NCBI RefSeq assembly: GCF_963921235.1
Contig: NC_086097.1
Span: 5,766,001 to 5,830,000 of the forward strand
Length of the DNA stretch: 64,000 bases
From: Mobula hypostoma
Lineage: Eukaryota
Direction: 5' to 3'
In this document: positions 63,786-64,000 of the stretch, piece by piece
How positions within the stretch are numbered: the stretch's first letter is position 1
Layout: each line of letters opens with the position of its first letter
Notes under the pieces: model-generated
Database searches by the model: none
What the model saw: the letters and a program-made list of their open reading frames with translations, nothing else
What the model was told of the DNA's origin: nothing
Translations under genes and position numbers: made by a program

Positions 63786-64000
63786 TTGTTGGAGTTAAAT
63801 TGTCTAAGGGTTTGATTATTTGTTTAAATACGTAGCATTTTTTTTGGCTCATATTAAAATTTTATTTTGAGTTTTGGCTTGGTTGTAGAACCGTGATGAA
63901 ATGGATGAGTACAGTGGTGTTGTAGTTCAGCTATTCAGCCAATACCTTTTTGAATTAATAAAAAGGAACACAAATTTCATGCTTGTATTTCTGTTGGGTC

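Noticed and set aside
1..64000. CRISPR arrays, operons, true tRNA or rRNA genes
   Set aside because: The DNA is eukaryotic and repeat-rich, there is no repeat-spacer periodicity, and the tRNA-like boxes belong to SINE heads.

Overview
This is eukaryotic, repeat-saturated intronic or intergenic DNA. The repeat set (CR1 with an esterase ORF1, Rex1/Babar, HE1-like V-SINEs, Penelope pLTR fragments) points to a cartilaginous fish, possibly a ray; that is an inference, not a database result. I could not support any intact host gene or exon, and nearly all ORF-track entries are decayed or chimeric transposon pieces. Main contents: (1) a two-LTR Gypsy element (about 7995-11066) whose RT/RNaseH/integrase region is replaced by an intronless fragment of the host splicing-factor mRNA RBM25; (2) a full-length, decayed sushi/Tf1-type chromovirus (38910-45077, minus) with 5-bp TSD, a self-priming-type PBS, a -1 frameshift signal and a nested CR1; (3) about nine Penelope pLTR copies carrying a minimal hammerhead ribozyme motif, two of them as inverted cassettes, plus GIY-YIG remnants; (4) an L1 insertion with TSD, an L2 3' end, many CR1 and Rex1 fragments, RTE/BovB-related short elements, solo LTRs, a Tc1 remnant and tiny Tc1 and hAT MITEs. 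Boundaries of old repeats are approximate, to within tens of bp.
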